Positions 45,978 to 60,805 of a stretch of DNA of 64,000 nucleotides are shown piece after piece (position 1 is the first letter of the stretch; the number at the start of each line of letters is the position of its first letter). The stretch covers positions 5,828,001 to 5,892,000 of the forward strand of contig OZ059898.1 of the NCBI GenBank assembly GCA_964057225.1, read 5' to 3'. A model generated the notes under the pieces. The model was not told the DNA's origin and did no database searches. It saw only the letters and a program-made list of their open reading frames with translations. The position numbers and the translations under genes are program-made. The stretch is from Auanema rhodensis. Lineage: Eukaryota > Animalia > Nematoda.

Positions 45978-48900
45978 TTATATCAAAGAGTTCTCGTCGT
46001 GCTCTGAAGAAACTTCATCATCAGAAACGGTTGTAGTGGTAGGGTTATTTGATTGGTGAGGATTGTAATTTGTTGGCATATAGCAGAGTCCTTGATGACA
46101 TGCTGGAGCTGTGGATGGACAATCAGAGCATCGAGCTTTATTTCCAGTAGCCCATGTGAAAGCAGGTACCTGCAAGAAAAATTAATTTTAATTGTGTTTT
46201 GTAATGTATATGTGATAAGGTTAGTGTGATTTAGAAATAAATAGTTAAAACTGAGAAATATATTGTATCAATTAACACTGAAATCATCTCTATATGTTTC
46301 GAAAGACATCCTATGCCACACTATCTTTATATTCACAATAATTCGGTTTTGTAATATAGGAAGAGTAGACAGATAGGCGACATCGTTTAAGAAAGATGAG
46401 CATGAAATGATCTATGAAGATTACTTCGACATCTGCCACTGCATTCTTTTCTATTCTATCTGACTCCTTCCTCTTTTTCTTTATATTTCCTTGTATCAAA
46501 CTCTCTGTTTTGCTTTCTATCACTATCTCTTTTTTTCCTACGCTCATTGTTCTAAATATTTCAACAAAATCAATCATTTTAAAATTAACCACAGACCAAA
46601 ATTGGCAATTTTGTAAAATTTTGGTTATTCACCTCAATGAAGTCGGTTGTAAAGGAAAATTGGAGGATTAGTATTCAAAATGTTATGTTATGATTAAGAA
46701 AGCACACACTCGAGATTATAAAGCAGCAAAGCAATAAGCTCAATTCCTAATGGCATCCGAATATTTTTAGAACCCTTGATTGAAAAGCATATTAGAAAAA
46801 TGAAACAGTTTTCGTTCGATAGCTGGATTTCATTAGGAATATGAGCTACGTAGAAATCAAATTGTATAGTATTTTGTAAGTCTAATGTTAGAGCAAACCG
46901 AAAACAATGTTATATTTTTGAGATAAGGAAATAGTTATTTGAAATCCAACTCAGCTGAATCACGGTAACATCCGATAACTCAGAAGCTGAATTTCAGAAC
47001 CGAAATAATAAATTTTGTGAGAATTTAGATGATTCAGATTAAGAGGTTTTGATTGATATGGTTACTATTACGAACCGCATAAAGCTGTCCAGATCCCGTC
47101 ACGAATACCGTATTTCCCTGTGGGTTGTAGTGGCAAACGAAGACGTTACGATGTCCTCTTCCCATAATGCCTTGAACGTCGCGACATCTACTGAATCCGC
47201 ATCCGACCAAATTAGTCTTAGCCCAAACAACCTGAAAAGCACATCAAATTAACCTGTGGAGAATTAATGTGATCAAGTTTAAGCTGATTTTCCTGCCCGG
47301 TTTTAACTATTTAAACGTTGGTTTAAAGTCTAATTAATATAATCACTTTGCACTAACTTTTTTTGAAAATTCAATGAATCCTTAATGTTGTTAATCTTTT
47401 TTATGTTCTCACGTTAGTTTCATCCGAACCCCCTCCAGAATCAAAAAAAAGTTGACCAAAGGACAAGATGGGCTACGGTACAGTTGATAGATACAACCAT
47501 GAAACAACCTTGATAATATCCTATCATTTCATAGAAGCGATACACAAAATACTCGAAGAATGTCATAAATACAGACAATATATCAATAACTTCTCAGCAC
47601 ATCGTTTTTGGCCTGAGAAAGAATTCAAATTCATAAAGCCTAACGATGTTTCTCTTGTTGTGTTTGTTTGGGTCAACATTCGAAAAATCGAACAAAATTT
47701 GCTGTTGATATGTTTCCAATTCTAATTCTCTCCTGATTGCGGCCAACGAAAATGAGAGATGAATCGTATTGTCATCCTGTAGTAATTGAATGACAAAATA
47801 AAAAAGAAGAAATAAGAATTCGAAAATGCTGGGAAAGATAAGAGAGCTGGACGCTACATGAGCGTCTTACGATATACCGTGTCTTCCAGAGCCACTCATT
47901 CACTTGATGTATAGTCGTTGAAACATTATGCGTGGGCGACGACGTTCTTATTTTCTTATTTAGACTTCAAGATTGGACACAGGAATGATGACGTAAGCGA
48001 AGACATCATTGTTTGAGATGGAAATTTTCAATTCATGATGTTTTGAATTAATCTTTAAGACATAAGTGAAAAACGTGTACTATTTCTAACAACCTAATGC
48101 ATGTGTACTACTTAGTTTGTTCTTAGAGTTGTTTTATTCTTAACAAAACAATTGTCAACAAGAAAAACACACTAAAACGCTGTTATTCAATTCTCTCGAT
48201 CTACCTCTTTATACTCTTTTAAACACTTAGGGTTTCTCTCCTAATGATTCCGGCAATATTGCCAGTTGATAGTCTCCACTCTGTCTCGTTGATACGGGGT
48301 TGACCGGAAGTTGTGCTGCTAGCAGACCAAGCGATTTCAATACTCTCAATTTCTGTTTTCTCTCGCTGTTCACTGCGAACTTTTCATCTTTCTATAATTC
48401 TCGTTTTCAAATGGCTAACTGATGATATACACATGGAAACAAGGCGAGGCAAAGTCAAGGTCGTGGGATAAGATGGACGTTAACGAATGAAAAGTCAAGA
48501 GAAAGAGTACTTAGAGGAATTTTTGAAAACATTTTATCTACAATGTATTTGGCTGTGTGCCAGTAAACATAAGATCTTAAACTATATGGAATGACTTTAT
48601 TTGGTTGTCATCTTGCCAGAACAATTGTCGTAAAGGATTCACCGAACCTCGACGTCACTTCCGGTTCTATCGAATAGCCCATCTGCACTGGTGATGATCG
48701 TCGTAATGATTCAGAAGCTCATTTTCGATTTTGATCAACACCTGCGACGAGTTTCAGCTATTTCCTTGAACATTAAAATATGTTCCTTCCTTTAAGGATA
48801 CTTGATATATGTAGATACGAAGAATAAATCAAGTAAAACCATCGTTAAAAAGAATATTTCTTTCCTTTCAAAGCATATATGGAAGAGCATTTAAGTCTTC

Positions 48901-50691
48901 AGTCAGACGATATCAAGAAGATCGTCTATAGCACATAAACCAAATGCAGGGCAGTTAGTATGATCACTTCAAAAATGATGGAACCAGGCTTATCATTTCT
49001 GTTTCTGCGATCATTCCTTGCATAGTTTGTGAATTGTTATAAACAAATCCAAAAGAAGTTCGACTTATTCCTAACGACAAAAACTATCATGGGAAAACAA
49101 CAGTTTTTAGCTAAACATCGTCAAGATGTCAAACGACATCTGATTACGATAATGACAAACCTGAACATAGTGTCCGCAGCAGTGCTTATAAGCATGGTTA
49201 CATCCACAGCGAGGATTGTGAACCTGAAATACGATGAATTATGATAACATATAATCTCTCATTATTTTGTAAAAATTGCCCAAATAACGTAAGGTGTCAA
49301 CATCTATTGTACTTTTCTTCGTTCTACTTTTTATTCTTAAAAATGTTGTTAAGTAGCTCAATGATCCCGAATCGAAAATAAGACTTGGATAATATACTCG
49401 ACACCAATCTAACTGGCACATCTGCCATTAAATATGGTTTTTAATTATATGTGAATACTTGAGGGAGAGACGGGAAAAATGTACCATTTTTTTGAAAAAA
49501 ACTGAGACCGACAGCCGAACTGAGACATTAAGATGGTAACTTATGATAGGGAGGAAACAGATGACAGACAATCAAACATTCGCCTTAAGCGCATAGATGA
49601 ATTAATTGATCGTCAATTTTTGTAAATTGAACAACTTTAGCTAATGAATAATGCTGTTGATGATGTCAAGAGATTGACAACACCTTCTGCATATTACCAG
49701 ACATACGAAGTCTTCGAAGCATTTTTCTGTTTGAATCCATTCAAAGCCGCAGCTGCTAGTTGTAGCCGAGCAAAACTGCAGACTGTCCTGGTTCTTATTT
49801 CCTAAGCCTATGTATAGACTTTTGACAGCTTCTTTTCATAAGAATAATGCAAATGTTTCAAAAGTTATTTTCAAGAAACTTGTTTGAATACAGAAAAGAA
49901 GTTGCTCTTATATTCAAGATAAAGATTGACGATAATTGGAAAAACATTTTACCTCATTGAACCAAATAGAGATAGCATCAGAATAGTTAGAGTATGGAGC
50001 CGCCCAAATATTTTCACCAACGTTCATTCTACCCCTTGAATGACGGAAATCACACGTATCAGCATGTCGTTGAGCAGATGCTGCCAATTCATCGGACCAG
50101 TAAAGCATATGCATATCAGTAGCCGGAACCTGAAAAATCAAAGATGTGATTCCCAAGTTTTGTTTACTATCCAGAGATGGATAAAATGAAGACCGGCTTT
50201 TAAGTGAAAGTTTGACTAATGCCAAAGTGCATCCGAAAATACAAGGAATGGATCAGAGTTCAGTTTTTTCCAAGTTTTTAGATCAAGATAATTAATAAGT
50301 TCAGGAGCATCGAACATCCTGGCCAAAATTCAGAAATAGGAAAAAAAATGATTAAAGAAAATTTTTAGAACATTGAACGAAAGAAAGAGAAATAAGTTAT
50401 TAAATGAATAATGTACAAACTTACTATGCGACGATATTTGTTGTGCTCATAAACAATCCATTTCTTCAAATACTCGTTCGGACGTTGAGAAGAAACCAGA
50501 AGATTGTTTGAAAACTGTTGGGTAGGGAAGTAATAGCCACGCTTCTCCCTCACGTGCTCTTCATTATTAACTAAAAGTTCGGCTTCCGAGGAAGGACCAC
50601 TATGACTGGTCTCGGCCTTTCCAGTCAGGTGTGGCACATTGTAAGCCGATACCAAAACGTGAAGACAGGAGATAACAAGTAGAGATTGCAT
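45978..50691 (-). CDS. lon-1: LON-1, CAP/SCP-TAPS family secreted protein (body-length regulator, BMP/DBL-1 target in C. elegans); 5 exons
   Basis: Exons about 50691-50425, 50129-49953, 49223-49161, 47231-47076, 46169-45978 give AYNVPH...REKRGYYFP...PNEYLKKWI..EHN.YRR.VPATDM.MLYWSDELAASAQRHADTCDFRHSRGR.NVGENIWAAPYSNYSDAISIWFNEVHNPRCGCNHAYKHCCGHYVQVVWAKTNLVGCG, which I recognise as LON-1. Confidence 0.93.
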
Positions 50692-53600
50692 TCTGAAAAA
50701 GTTTTTTTGTTAATTAAATATGTTAGCAAAATCACTAAAACGGAAATAAAATGAGAGAAGAGTAATACATATATATGAACATGTATACCGATAATACTGA
50801 ATATATACAAATAAAGATTTAATTGTAATTAAAATAGGAATACTCAGAAGATTTGTAGTTTACTGAGTTGATAACATGTTGGCACAACCATCTGATAGGT
50901 AACTTTTGTTCGAAACCCCAAAGGTGGACCGCAACCTGCGCTACTACACCCCAGATGGCCAAAGTGGACATCCGCCCACACGAAGGTCGCTCTTCTTGCC
51001 CCCTCACACGTTGCCTATTATGTGCTGATGTCATAGAAGACAGTAGGACTAGAACACATCTATATTGAAATATCCTTTGAGCACCAACAACTAGTCAGAA
51101 GGTTTTAACTCGAATGAGATCTTTCGTATGTTTTTTGCATACGATATCCTGATGCTTTTGATATAGTTTTTGGAAAATAGATTAAGATAAAGAAAACAGA
51201 CTGGGATAGAAAAATGGAGGAAAAGAGAGAAAGCGAGAGAGAGAACTGATAGGATATGAGAATGAAAGATGAAAAAAGCAAAAGAGTAATAGAATGAAAT
51301 CGCGAGAGATAAATATAAAGAAAGAGAAAGAGAGATGTATTGAAAGGAGGGGTGGGCAGCGGGCGGGCAAGGTGGTACTGGCGAACACATTGGTTACGAG
51401 AGAAAGAGATGTGCTACTGAAAAACTTTTGAATAAAGTCTACATTTTCCTCGGAGACTATTTTCATTTAAAATACATTGAAACTATTCATGAAGCCGGTT
51501 GACCAAATATAAATTAGAATGACTTGTTTTAGGTCTCATCGTTTTCAAAATCGGAACACCGACGGAAAAAAATATTTTAAGTGACTCTACTAAAGCTAAT
51601 TGAGCCATATTCTTCACAAAAAACAAATTTCACAATGAAATTTGAAAATCACTTTCGTTCTATAAGTAAAAAGATATTGAAAGAAGATGCTGGATTAATT
51701 TGACCTAAATAGGCAACATAGTTCTTCTCATCTAAAAAGGCTGAAGGGATATCAAGTACATGCTTTAGATGACTTGATGTCAAGCTAGAATTCATAACCT
51801 TATTCACCACAGAATTGTGAACAAATTACGAACATGTTCAGGTTAACCTTTACACAACATAGCTGCGGCATCTTTGATAACGTTTTCGGAACAGTATCAT
51901 GCTTTTTTTTTAGTATGACGATATAACACTCTTTCAAGCTAATACAACTATTTTTTTCTGTTTTCGAAAATTACAAATGTTGGTTAAATAAATCTTCTCA
52001 CTGATGAAATTGTAGAAAATGATTGATAAAACACACTTTGTTAACAACTCTCTTTCTCTCTATTTCTCTTTCTCTTTTCTTACATTTTCTTTTTCTCTCT
52101 TGAGTATACTTGTACACTCCTACTTTCTCCCATATTCACTTTTTTCTTTTTCTCTCTCCTTCTTTCTTTTGTTAACATCTGCACAAGATGCACTAAGTGA
52201 TGATAGGGCATCGGAAGTTACGAGGACAGACAATTTAAAACATCAGAAGAGGAGAGGGTGAAAAATGAAAGGTAGAGTTCTTAAGTAATTCATTATATCA
52301 ATCCAAATAAATTTTCTAATTTTCCAAGGGTTCAAAATATGGAATAGAAAAATTTCACTAATTGATGAACGAGAGATAACTGGAAATAACAGAAACAATG
52401 TAAAAGAAAAAGAGCACTTTGGCAGAAAATAACTGAACCTCAAGAGTAACGCCAAAGAAAACGATAGAATCACGAACGATGAAGGCAAAAAGAAGAACAG
52501 TCGCTTTTGAATGGGATAGTAACGATATGATGACGACGAGAGAGAAGAGCGAAAGCTGGTAAATTGGAATCTTTATCCAGTACTTCGTGAACCATGATAG
52601 GTAGCTTCATCTACTTCTTGTTCATGTTGTTCGTCAACGTCTTCATCATACGAAACATTAAACTGTGGATTGAGATAGGCAACATGGAAAGAAGGCTGAT
52701 GCCGATAGACTGTCTACCTGGTAACGTATGTAGAAGAAAAAGGAAAGAGAGAAGCTGGGTGGGGCATCGGAAATAGAGAGAACTGGGGAAAAAATGAAGA
52801 GATAGATATCAAAACGATATACACAAAAGAGAAATGGCCACAACATGAATTATCAAGATAGAGACTAAGAAAAGAAGACGATCATCAACGACAAATATGA
52901 ATCTGAAGAAACAACTTTATATATTCACGACCGTCCGAAATTGTGCCTGGGTTTACCAGCAATAGCGCAGAAGAGATCCCACTCCTCCTAAATAGGCGGA
53001 GACTGTAAATCCAACACTTATTGGTGCCGGTCTTCTCTTCCGTTTTCTGACGTAAGCATGCAAGGCGGGAGCGTTGACGATCGTGAAATCACAAAGATGT
53101 CGCTGGGGTACGCCAACGTCGTAGCTAAGGTTTTTGCTATCGTCAACAGTGAAGTTATGCATCATACAAGAATGGTAATGTTGAAGGATCCTTTTATAAA
53201 GGCCTATTACCTAAAAGAGGAGACAAGGACCGCCCATTTGTCCGTAGGGCCAGGTTCAAATACCAATTGTATTTGAATAATCAAGAGATGGACTATGACC
53301 GTAACTCTAATACAATCACCACAAGAAGATGGCCATGATGTGCACTTTACCTACACGCCTCCTCTTCCACAAAGAGCGCTTGTCAACTTTAGCATTTTTG
53401 TTTCTTCCATTATCTTCTTTTTTTTCCACACATACTTTCTCAACACTATGGTTCCGCCTACTTCAGCCCAATTGCTGTCCCTCTTTCTTCAGCGTTTTTT
53501 CATTTTTAATTATCTCCATCTTTTTCAAATCTTGTGAATCACTTGCTACAATACTCTACTAGGAATCTTCCTATTTACAGATAATTATCTTCATCTAAGT

Positions 53601-54063
53601 TTAAATATCATTTGTTAGAAACAACCACTAAACAATCTGGTAAACTTCAGGTGCACTTTCATGCCAAAGATTATGATGAAAACTAACAGGAGATGGCGGA
53701 TTGTAGAAAACAGTGATGATTTTTGAAAAGCTACTTTAAATGATGTGAAAGGGAACGTTCCATCTTGTTACAATAGTGTACTATATGACGAATAGCAAAA
53801 CACTTAATGAATTCCATATTAAATAATATTTAATTTATTTATATTATGTATTAGAACTTTTGAAGTAAAGAGTATAATGCAATATTTCTAACGAGACCAA
53901 ATGGACAAGACATTTTTCACCAGGACATAGAGTTGATAAGAAAATATACAATATGTACAAAATCTAAGATATAATATATGATGCACGAGAGAAGCACTGT
54001 TCTCTTCGATTTCAAAACTTTTTTTGAATAAAAAATGAACGACAAACAACAATGAGTTGAGTA

Positions 54064-57000
54064 TTAGGCTACTATATGTATAGTATTTCGGTGAACTTGT
54101 TGAACTGAAGGTCTACAGCATATACAACAACAACAACAACAGAAACAAACACATGATACAAAGGCTAAAATATATGATATTGTAATGAAAATAAAAGCAA
54201 ACATGAAAGTTAATTTATCACAATAATCATCAGATTGGGGCGTCGAAAAATCAACATTACTATATGACCAATACACCCAGATTGATCCGGTTATAAACCT
54301 GAAACAGAATTTTTGAAATAAGTACTCAATGAAATATATGAAAATGATGAAGTTATTTTACAAACTTTTTGTAAAATTCAACGATAAAGTTAGAGAGACA
54401 TAAAGAATAGGAAGGACAAAAACTGATCAGAAGCCTTTGGTGATGAAATATGTCAGCAAAGGCTATCGAAATTCCAAAAACGCTATTCCTTTTTTAACTA
54501 AGATTCCTCAGACACGATGCTTTGATTTCATTCAGCCAACTGTTTTAAGGAACGTCTGTTGTTGGAGCTCGTTTGGACACTTAAAGGTGACGAAATGCGC
54601 GATAGATTCCAGTGGTTGAGAAGAATGTTTTACGCAACCACAACGACAACAGAAAAAGTTGCTGATGGAACGTGCTTTTGACCGATTAATCCCATTGCAA
54701 ATTGACACCGTGAAGAAATCCTGGCTATAGCAAGCACGACATCAACGACAGCTACAACAACGCACCAGGCCGTCACGGCGTCGCGAAGACTGCAACCCAA
54801 AAGACAATGTTGCAAAGAGTCATTCACTTCAGAATTTCTTAAAAAGAAGAGAACGACGCCAGAAAACAGATTCATGAGAGAAAATATTTTGATATGATTT
54901 AGATGCTGTTGATATTTAAGATATGTCTCCAGGTCTGCTGCATTCCTATCAACCGCTATCCTTTAATATTCGTGTTGTTTTTCCTAAAGATTGTAAGCCC
55001 ATTGGAAAGAATGGAATCTTGATTATTGGTCATTTACAGAGAAAACGGAAACGAGCAAGTGGATCACATGCGTTCTTCCTACGATTAGAACCTTGTTGAT
55101 TAGAAAAGAACACAATGTGGATAAAAAGTTTGGGTGATCAACTCCAGAGGGTTCTGGTTGTGCATACTTACCAAATGACGATGAAAACACTCAGCAAAGA
55201 TTCTACAAGACGAACTAGTATCGGCCAGTCACGGTTTGATTCCTGAAAACTGTAGTATTGATATACTTGTCTCAAAGAAGTTGCGACTTTCACACGATAA
55301 GCAAAGTTGATGCCACTTCGAAGAAGTGTACATGAGCCTGTTACTACAAGCCAAATAGGTATGTTGGAGTTGACTTGACAATTACTTTTATTCACTGCCC
55401 CAATAATAATCATAATGATAGGTATCAGATTTAGGAGACCAAGAACAACGGCAGCGGCAACTGAAAAAAACGTAAACTTCAAGAAGTTTGATTTTGATTT
55501 CTTGGAAAGTTTGCGTTGATAGCCAAAGAAGTTTCGTTAAACAACCAATTATTCTTCAATGTTTTTTGAACATTTTTGTGGAAAAGAGAATACTACAAAT
55601 AATTTTCTAGACCGGATATTGTTTCTATCATAAGAATCATTGGACCATTCTTCATCAATTTATTTTAATTTCAATTTTCAAACAGCATTTTTCCACGATA
55701 CACGCGTTATTTCAGAACAGCCAATTATAGAAATAAGAAACGGAAAACCTGTATAAATTATTCCGGGAAATATAAGTCATCTAGACCTTTTGAATCTTCT
55801 ACTCATAGATAATCAAATTATAGTTGTATGATTCATCAAGACAGCACATGACAGATGTAATATCTACTTCTACCTCCACAGCTATTCATTGAGAACGATC
55901 AGGGCCATTAACTTATCTTTTTCAGTCTGAAGTAGCCAGCTAGTCACCCACGCAGATGACATGCAATCATCTCACCAGGCTACGATCAAAACCAAACTCG
56001 AGAAAATAGGACCGCCACTTGAGGCGGATAGGAGAAAGGGAAATTGGAATACAGAGGATATACAGGTCTAATTTGAATTTGAAATCTATGAAATGCCTTA
56101 TGGGATCTTTCAACAGGAAAATATTCGAACATCAGAGTACAAGATGAAATTGAGTTAGGCATTACATAAAGCACAACTTGGACAACCGTCTCAGCCGAAA
56201 AGGACTTAGTGTATTATCACCAGACCAGCCATTTGTCTATCACTCTGTCAGATCAAAACGAGCCGCTGACACGAATGTCATTTACATTCTCATCAAAGCA
56301 TATCAGTTATCAGATGGTCTAAGAGACCTGGCCCACGTGTCATATACAGCCCTTGTTAGTGGATGAGATACAGCAAGACGTTTCTTTCCGTTTTCATGAA
56401 AAGCTAGACGTTTGCGGTAAATCATCTGTTTCGCTAAAAAATCGAACCGTGCAGAATAAGATCGTTTTTATGACATAGCTATCCAAGGCCTTATGAATGG
56501 TTCTCCATTTTACGATAGCTCTCACAACTATTTAACACAAAATAATAGGATCTTTAGAACTGGACAGCTTATCATATAATTTTTTTTTTAATTCTAGTTA
56601 AACTTTTACTTCTTATCTTATATATAATCTTAATTCGCTACAAGAACGGAGAGGGAGAGAGGGGGAGAGACAGATATAGAGAGAAAATAAGTTAGAGTAA
56701 GAGAGTAAGAGAATATATTAACATCTGAAATATTCTTCAAGAATAACTGAGGACGATACTTAACTTTTATACAAGTATTGGGGAAGCAGGAATCAAGATT
56801 ATTTTTAATTTTGTAATCACAATTTATAAGATATTTTAAATAGCATATACATTATACGAACGATTTAGGAAAAACAAGTCTGCATCTTCACTGTATTTCT
56901 AAATTGAATGAGCACTTTAAATCTTCAGTTCCTATTATTAAAGTACTTTTTTCTGGGCAACTTATCCAAATGATATTTCCGAAAAGGGAGATCATCAAAA

Positions 57001-57637
57001 TATAGCACCTGATAGGAATGAGAAAAAAGCGGAAGCTTTGTAATTAGGTATTACGACGATGTTCCCACGACAAGAAGCCTATTTTCATTTCTAAACAGCT
57101 TCGGCTAGAAGAAAACGAAAGCTGGTAATGTATCTAATAACATCTGACATATTCTCATCATCCTGGTAAGTCAATTTCAAGGTTCTTCAGGGATTTTAAT
57201 CATTTTTAATCAAAATTTTGTAAGACCTATAGAATCTCGCTGTAAAGCGGTTTAAAGATATCAATTTTTTGCCAATGCGATGATATAAAAAATATTTTTT
57301 TGAAACATCTGTATATGATAATTGAAATTCACATCAAGGATTTGAATGTAGATGATGAAAAAGAACCAGAAAAATCTCGAATATGAGATCACTTCTATGT
57401 GAAAATTAATGCAATGTACCTGTATTAGCAATTACATCAATTGCTTTTTTCACAAAACGTGCCAACCCCGACGGGGAATCTACACGGCGAAATTCGCCAT
57501 ACAATTCTTCATAAGATGGTGGACTGTCTAAAGTTTATTTTGTTCCAGAATTTAATTTCAAACATCGACATACAGTTCATTCCCTGGGCCTCGTCATATG
57601 ACGGGGGTAATTCAGGAGCTGAAGGATTGGCTGGCAT
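54064..57637 (-). CDS. TMEM272-like four-TM membrane protein with Cys-rich tail
   Basis: Spliced: MPANPSAPELPPSYDEAQ...; IPIIMIIIGAVNKSNCQVNSNIPIWLVVTG; WFITGSIWVY...YCDKLTFMFAF...CCCCCC. Confidence 0.75.
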
Positions 57638-58062
57638 TTTCTCGTTTTCTGGTCTGAAAAGCAAAAAAATAAAGAAATAAATCTGTTCAATGCTCCTGTT
57701 CGCTACTGATTTTGAAATCAGCGAGGCCACCTCCAATGAAGGAAAATGAAAATTTGCTAAGGTAATGACGTGTCCATTACAAGTGCAATCGGATGAGAAA
57801 GTACAAAACACATTAAAGACAAATATTTGAATGGTTCAGGGACCAGTTTAAATTTGAAAAAAAAAGTTTCTTTATAACATAGATGTACTGAGATAATTGG
57901 GGCAACATACTTAAAAACAAGTGAAGTGCTCATCCACAAAACATTGAAAGGTGCGTTTAATATGCACTTTTCAGCATTATATCATTTCAAATCATAAAGA
58001 AAAACACAGTTAAAATATTAGTCAGTGAAAAAAATGTAAAAAATAAGTTATAATAAAATGAA

Positions 58063-59788
58063 CTATGAATATCCAGCAAGAACATTAAAAAAATGGTAAA
58101 CTTCATCCTGATCACATACGGCTACTTTAGTTCCACATCGTACGCATTTGACAGGGTGGAATAGATCAGTAGAATTTATCTGAAACATTCTTTGGGAAAT
58201 GAGCAGAAGAGGATAATCAACTGACCTTATCAGTAGCGAATCCCATTTTTCTCAATTTCTCCCTCTCACGTTTTTTCTCCTTACCCGTTTTTTCAATTTT
58301 AAGATTTTCTTCTGCATCTACTATACAGTTTTCAACAAACATTGCCCTGCATTCAGCAATTAATAACCAATTTGCAAGTTAAATGTACCTATATTGATCC
58401 TTATATATTTCATGTCGCTGACAATCCCTAGTCAACATTAACATGCAACCAGGACAGGATAGAACAGCATCTGACCCATCATCAATCTTAGCTCTTAAGG
58501 GCAAAGAAAGTGAAACTTGATCATAACAAAGACTTACGAAGCTCTTTTTTTAGTCAACCCACTGCTAGACAATTCACTCTTACTACCTCCCTTTCTTTCG
58601 ACATTTTTTTGTTGAACCCAACGTTCATTATCATCGTCTTCATCAGTATCATAAAACTCTGGAGGTTCCTGCACATTAATATCATATCTCAAGATTATGT
58701 GATTGTAACTCACGTCGTCTATAGCCTTTTTTCGATCTTTAGCCATTTTTCTAATTGGGTTTTCCTCATCATCATCATCAACATCATCATTATTATTCGA
58801 ACCATCGTCTGTTTTAGGTTCTGCCTTTGATTTCTTTAGGGGAGATTTTCTTTTCAAGCAGGACTAAATTTGCTGAATTATTACATCAACAAAAGAATAG
58901 CAACCTTCAAAGGGGATGTTGTTAAAGAAGTTGAAGGTTTACTTTCGTCACATTCTAAAAAAATTATAATTTAAAACTGAAAGATCACGATGTATACCCA
59001 TATCTTCATCGTTAGCAGGTTCTAGGTCCGGGATGTCTTCTTCCACTTTAGGAAGTTCAATCTGGAGATTTTTCTGCATATTGTTGGTCATGTGTTCATT
59101 GGCGTATTCTGACATACCACGATCCAGCTCTTCCTCCATGTCGCTTTCAAAGTCAGATTTCTTTCCTGGACTCAAAATTGATATAAAAGATCACTTGTCA
59201 TTGTCATACTCTGCCTTTTTCCTTTTTTTTTCTCACATTCTGTGCTTATTCCAGCAATCTTTTTCAACTCCTTTTGAAGTTCATCATCGGAACTGAAAGC
59301 AGGTCATAAAGAGAAGTCCGAAAATTTGTATTTGTTATTTTATTTCACATTCTCAAGAACAACATCCATTACGCGTTCAGCCATCAAAACTTCTTCCCAA
59401 ATATTAACCGGTTTCTCATACGGGGCTAGACGAACTGGCGCCCATTTGAATGTCTCTGTCTCCTGATATATTTAGTCTCTCAATCCTCTAACCTCGATAA
59501 GGTTACGCCGGAAACAATCGACTATAATCGATCACAAATACTTTAAAAGATGATATTGAATCAATTCAGCTAACCAACTTGCACATAATAAAAATTTCTT
59601 AATTATAAGTTGGATAGATTAGGATTACGATAGGGATATTCTTCGAATCGTTCAACCTTATTGGTGCATATTTTACTATATACAAATACAAACCTCATTT
59701 CCTCTTCACTATCCGGGCCGACATCACGTACTGCAACACCTAAGTAATAATCATTTTCAATTGGTTGAAGGGGCTCCAACCGATCCAT
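58063..59788 (-). CDS. E2F-associated phosphoprotein (EAPP)-like
   Basis: Spliced: [11 protein letters not shown]; [14 protein letters not shown]; [34 protein letters not shown]; [28 protein letters not shown]. Internal exon boundaries approximate. Confidence 0.85.
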
Positions 59789-60805
59789 CTGTAAAGCATA
59801 ATTACACACTAAAAATTTCTTAATATGATTAGATAATCAAGCTAGAGTTGTACTAGACAGCAAGGTAAAAAAAACAATCAAGAAAAATACTTTCTTCTTT
59901 TTCTGCAGCATCAACGCATGATTAATAAAACGTAGAAAATTATTTGGAGAATTAGGTTCAAATTAATAATAAGTTCAGAAGGAAAATATAAATTCAAAAA
60001 AAAATTACATAATAAATACTCCAGGCGTAGAAGGCAAGCCTTCACTACATGTTATATAATTTGAACGAAGTTGAATTGCCAAAACATCAATATAAGAATT
60101 TTTCACAATCATGTTACTGTAAATAAACTATGAGTAAATATTAAAAACAATTATATACATTTAATTAATGAAAAATAAATGATCACGAATTTAAATATTA
60201 CCCCTACTGCGTATGTACGCAATAACTAGCAACTCGTATTTGGTATCGACAGACTGCTTTGAAATTTAATATTTTAAAAATTTGGACCTCATGATTGTTT
60301 TTCTTTATGGTTAATCTACACTTTTTATAAAGGATGACTGGACGGTATGCTATTCATTGAAAATAATTTTTACATTGAATATTTTACCTAAATGTGGAAA
60401 ATAAAAACTAAATTTGCTTCCATGTTGTTTTTAATTTCCCCCCTATCAAAAGAATATTTTAATCATAATACGCCAACTAAATAAAGTTATTTTTACTTGG
60501 AATTTCTTACTTCAAGAAAGATCGAATAGAAATACTTTCAAAATCTTTTCATGCATGTACTTAGGGATTTTCCAATTTTAGAAAACTCACCTATTGTACC
60601 TATTCATTCTTGTGTGTTTGACTGTAATAATATTTACATCTTCTCCGAAATATAATTATATTTTTTAGTGTTTTATTGCATAGTGTACTGTAAATATATA
60701 AATAAATATTGAAAACATTTAAAATTATTACTTGGATATGCTGAAACTTTTGAGCTAAAGCTGGAATGATTACAACAGGAGTTTTTCTTCATACTAATTT
60801 ATAAT

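Noticed and set aside
51091-53562. Phe/Ser/Leu-rich ORFs and the GC-richer patch upstream of lon-1
   Set aside because: Translations of CT/GA-rich intergenic tracts; no splice structure or domain recognised. Could be regulatory or an old TE remnant, but I cannot support either.
60200-60230. Small hairpin TGCGTA-TG-TACGCA between the OS-9-like and EAPP-like genes
   Set aside because: Too short to distinguish from chance; no TIR/TSD or Helitron end structure could be established.
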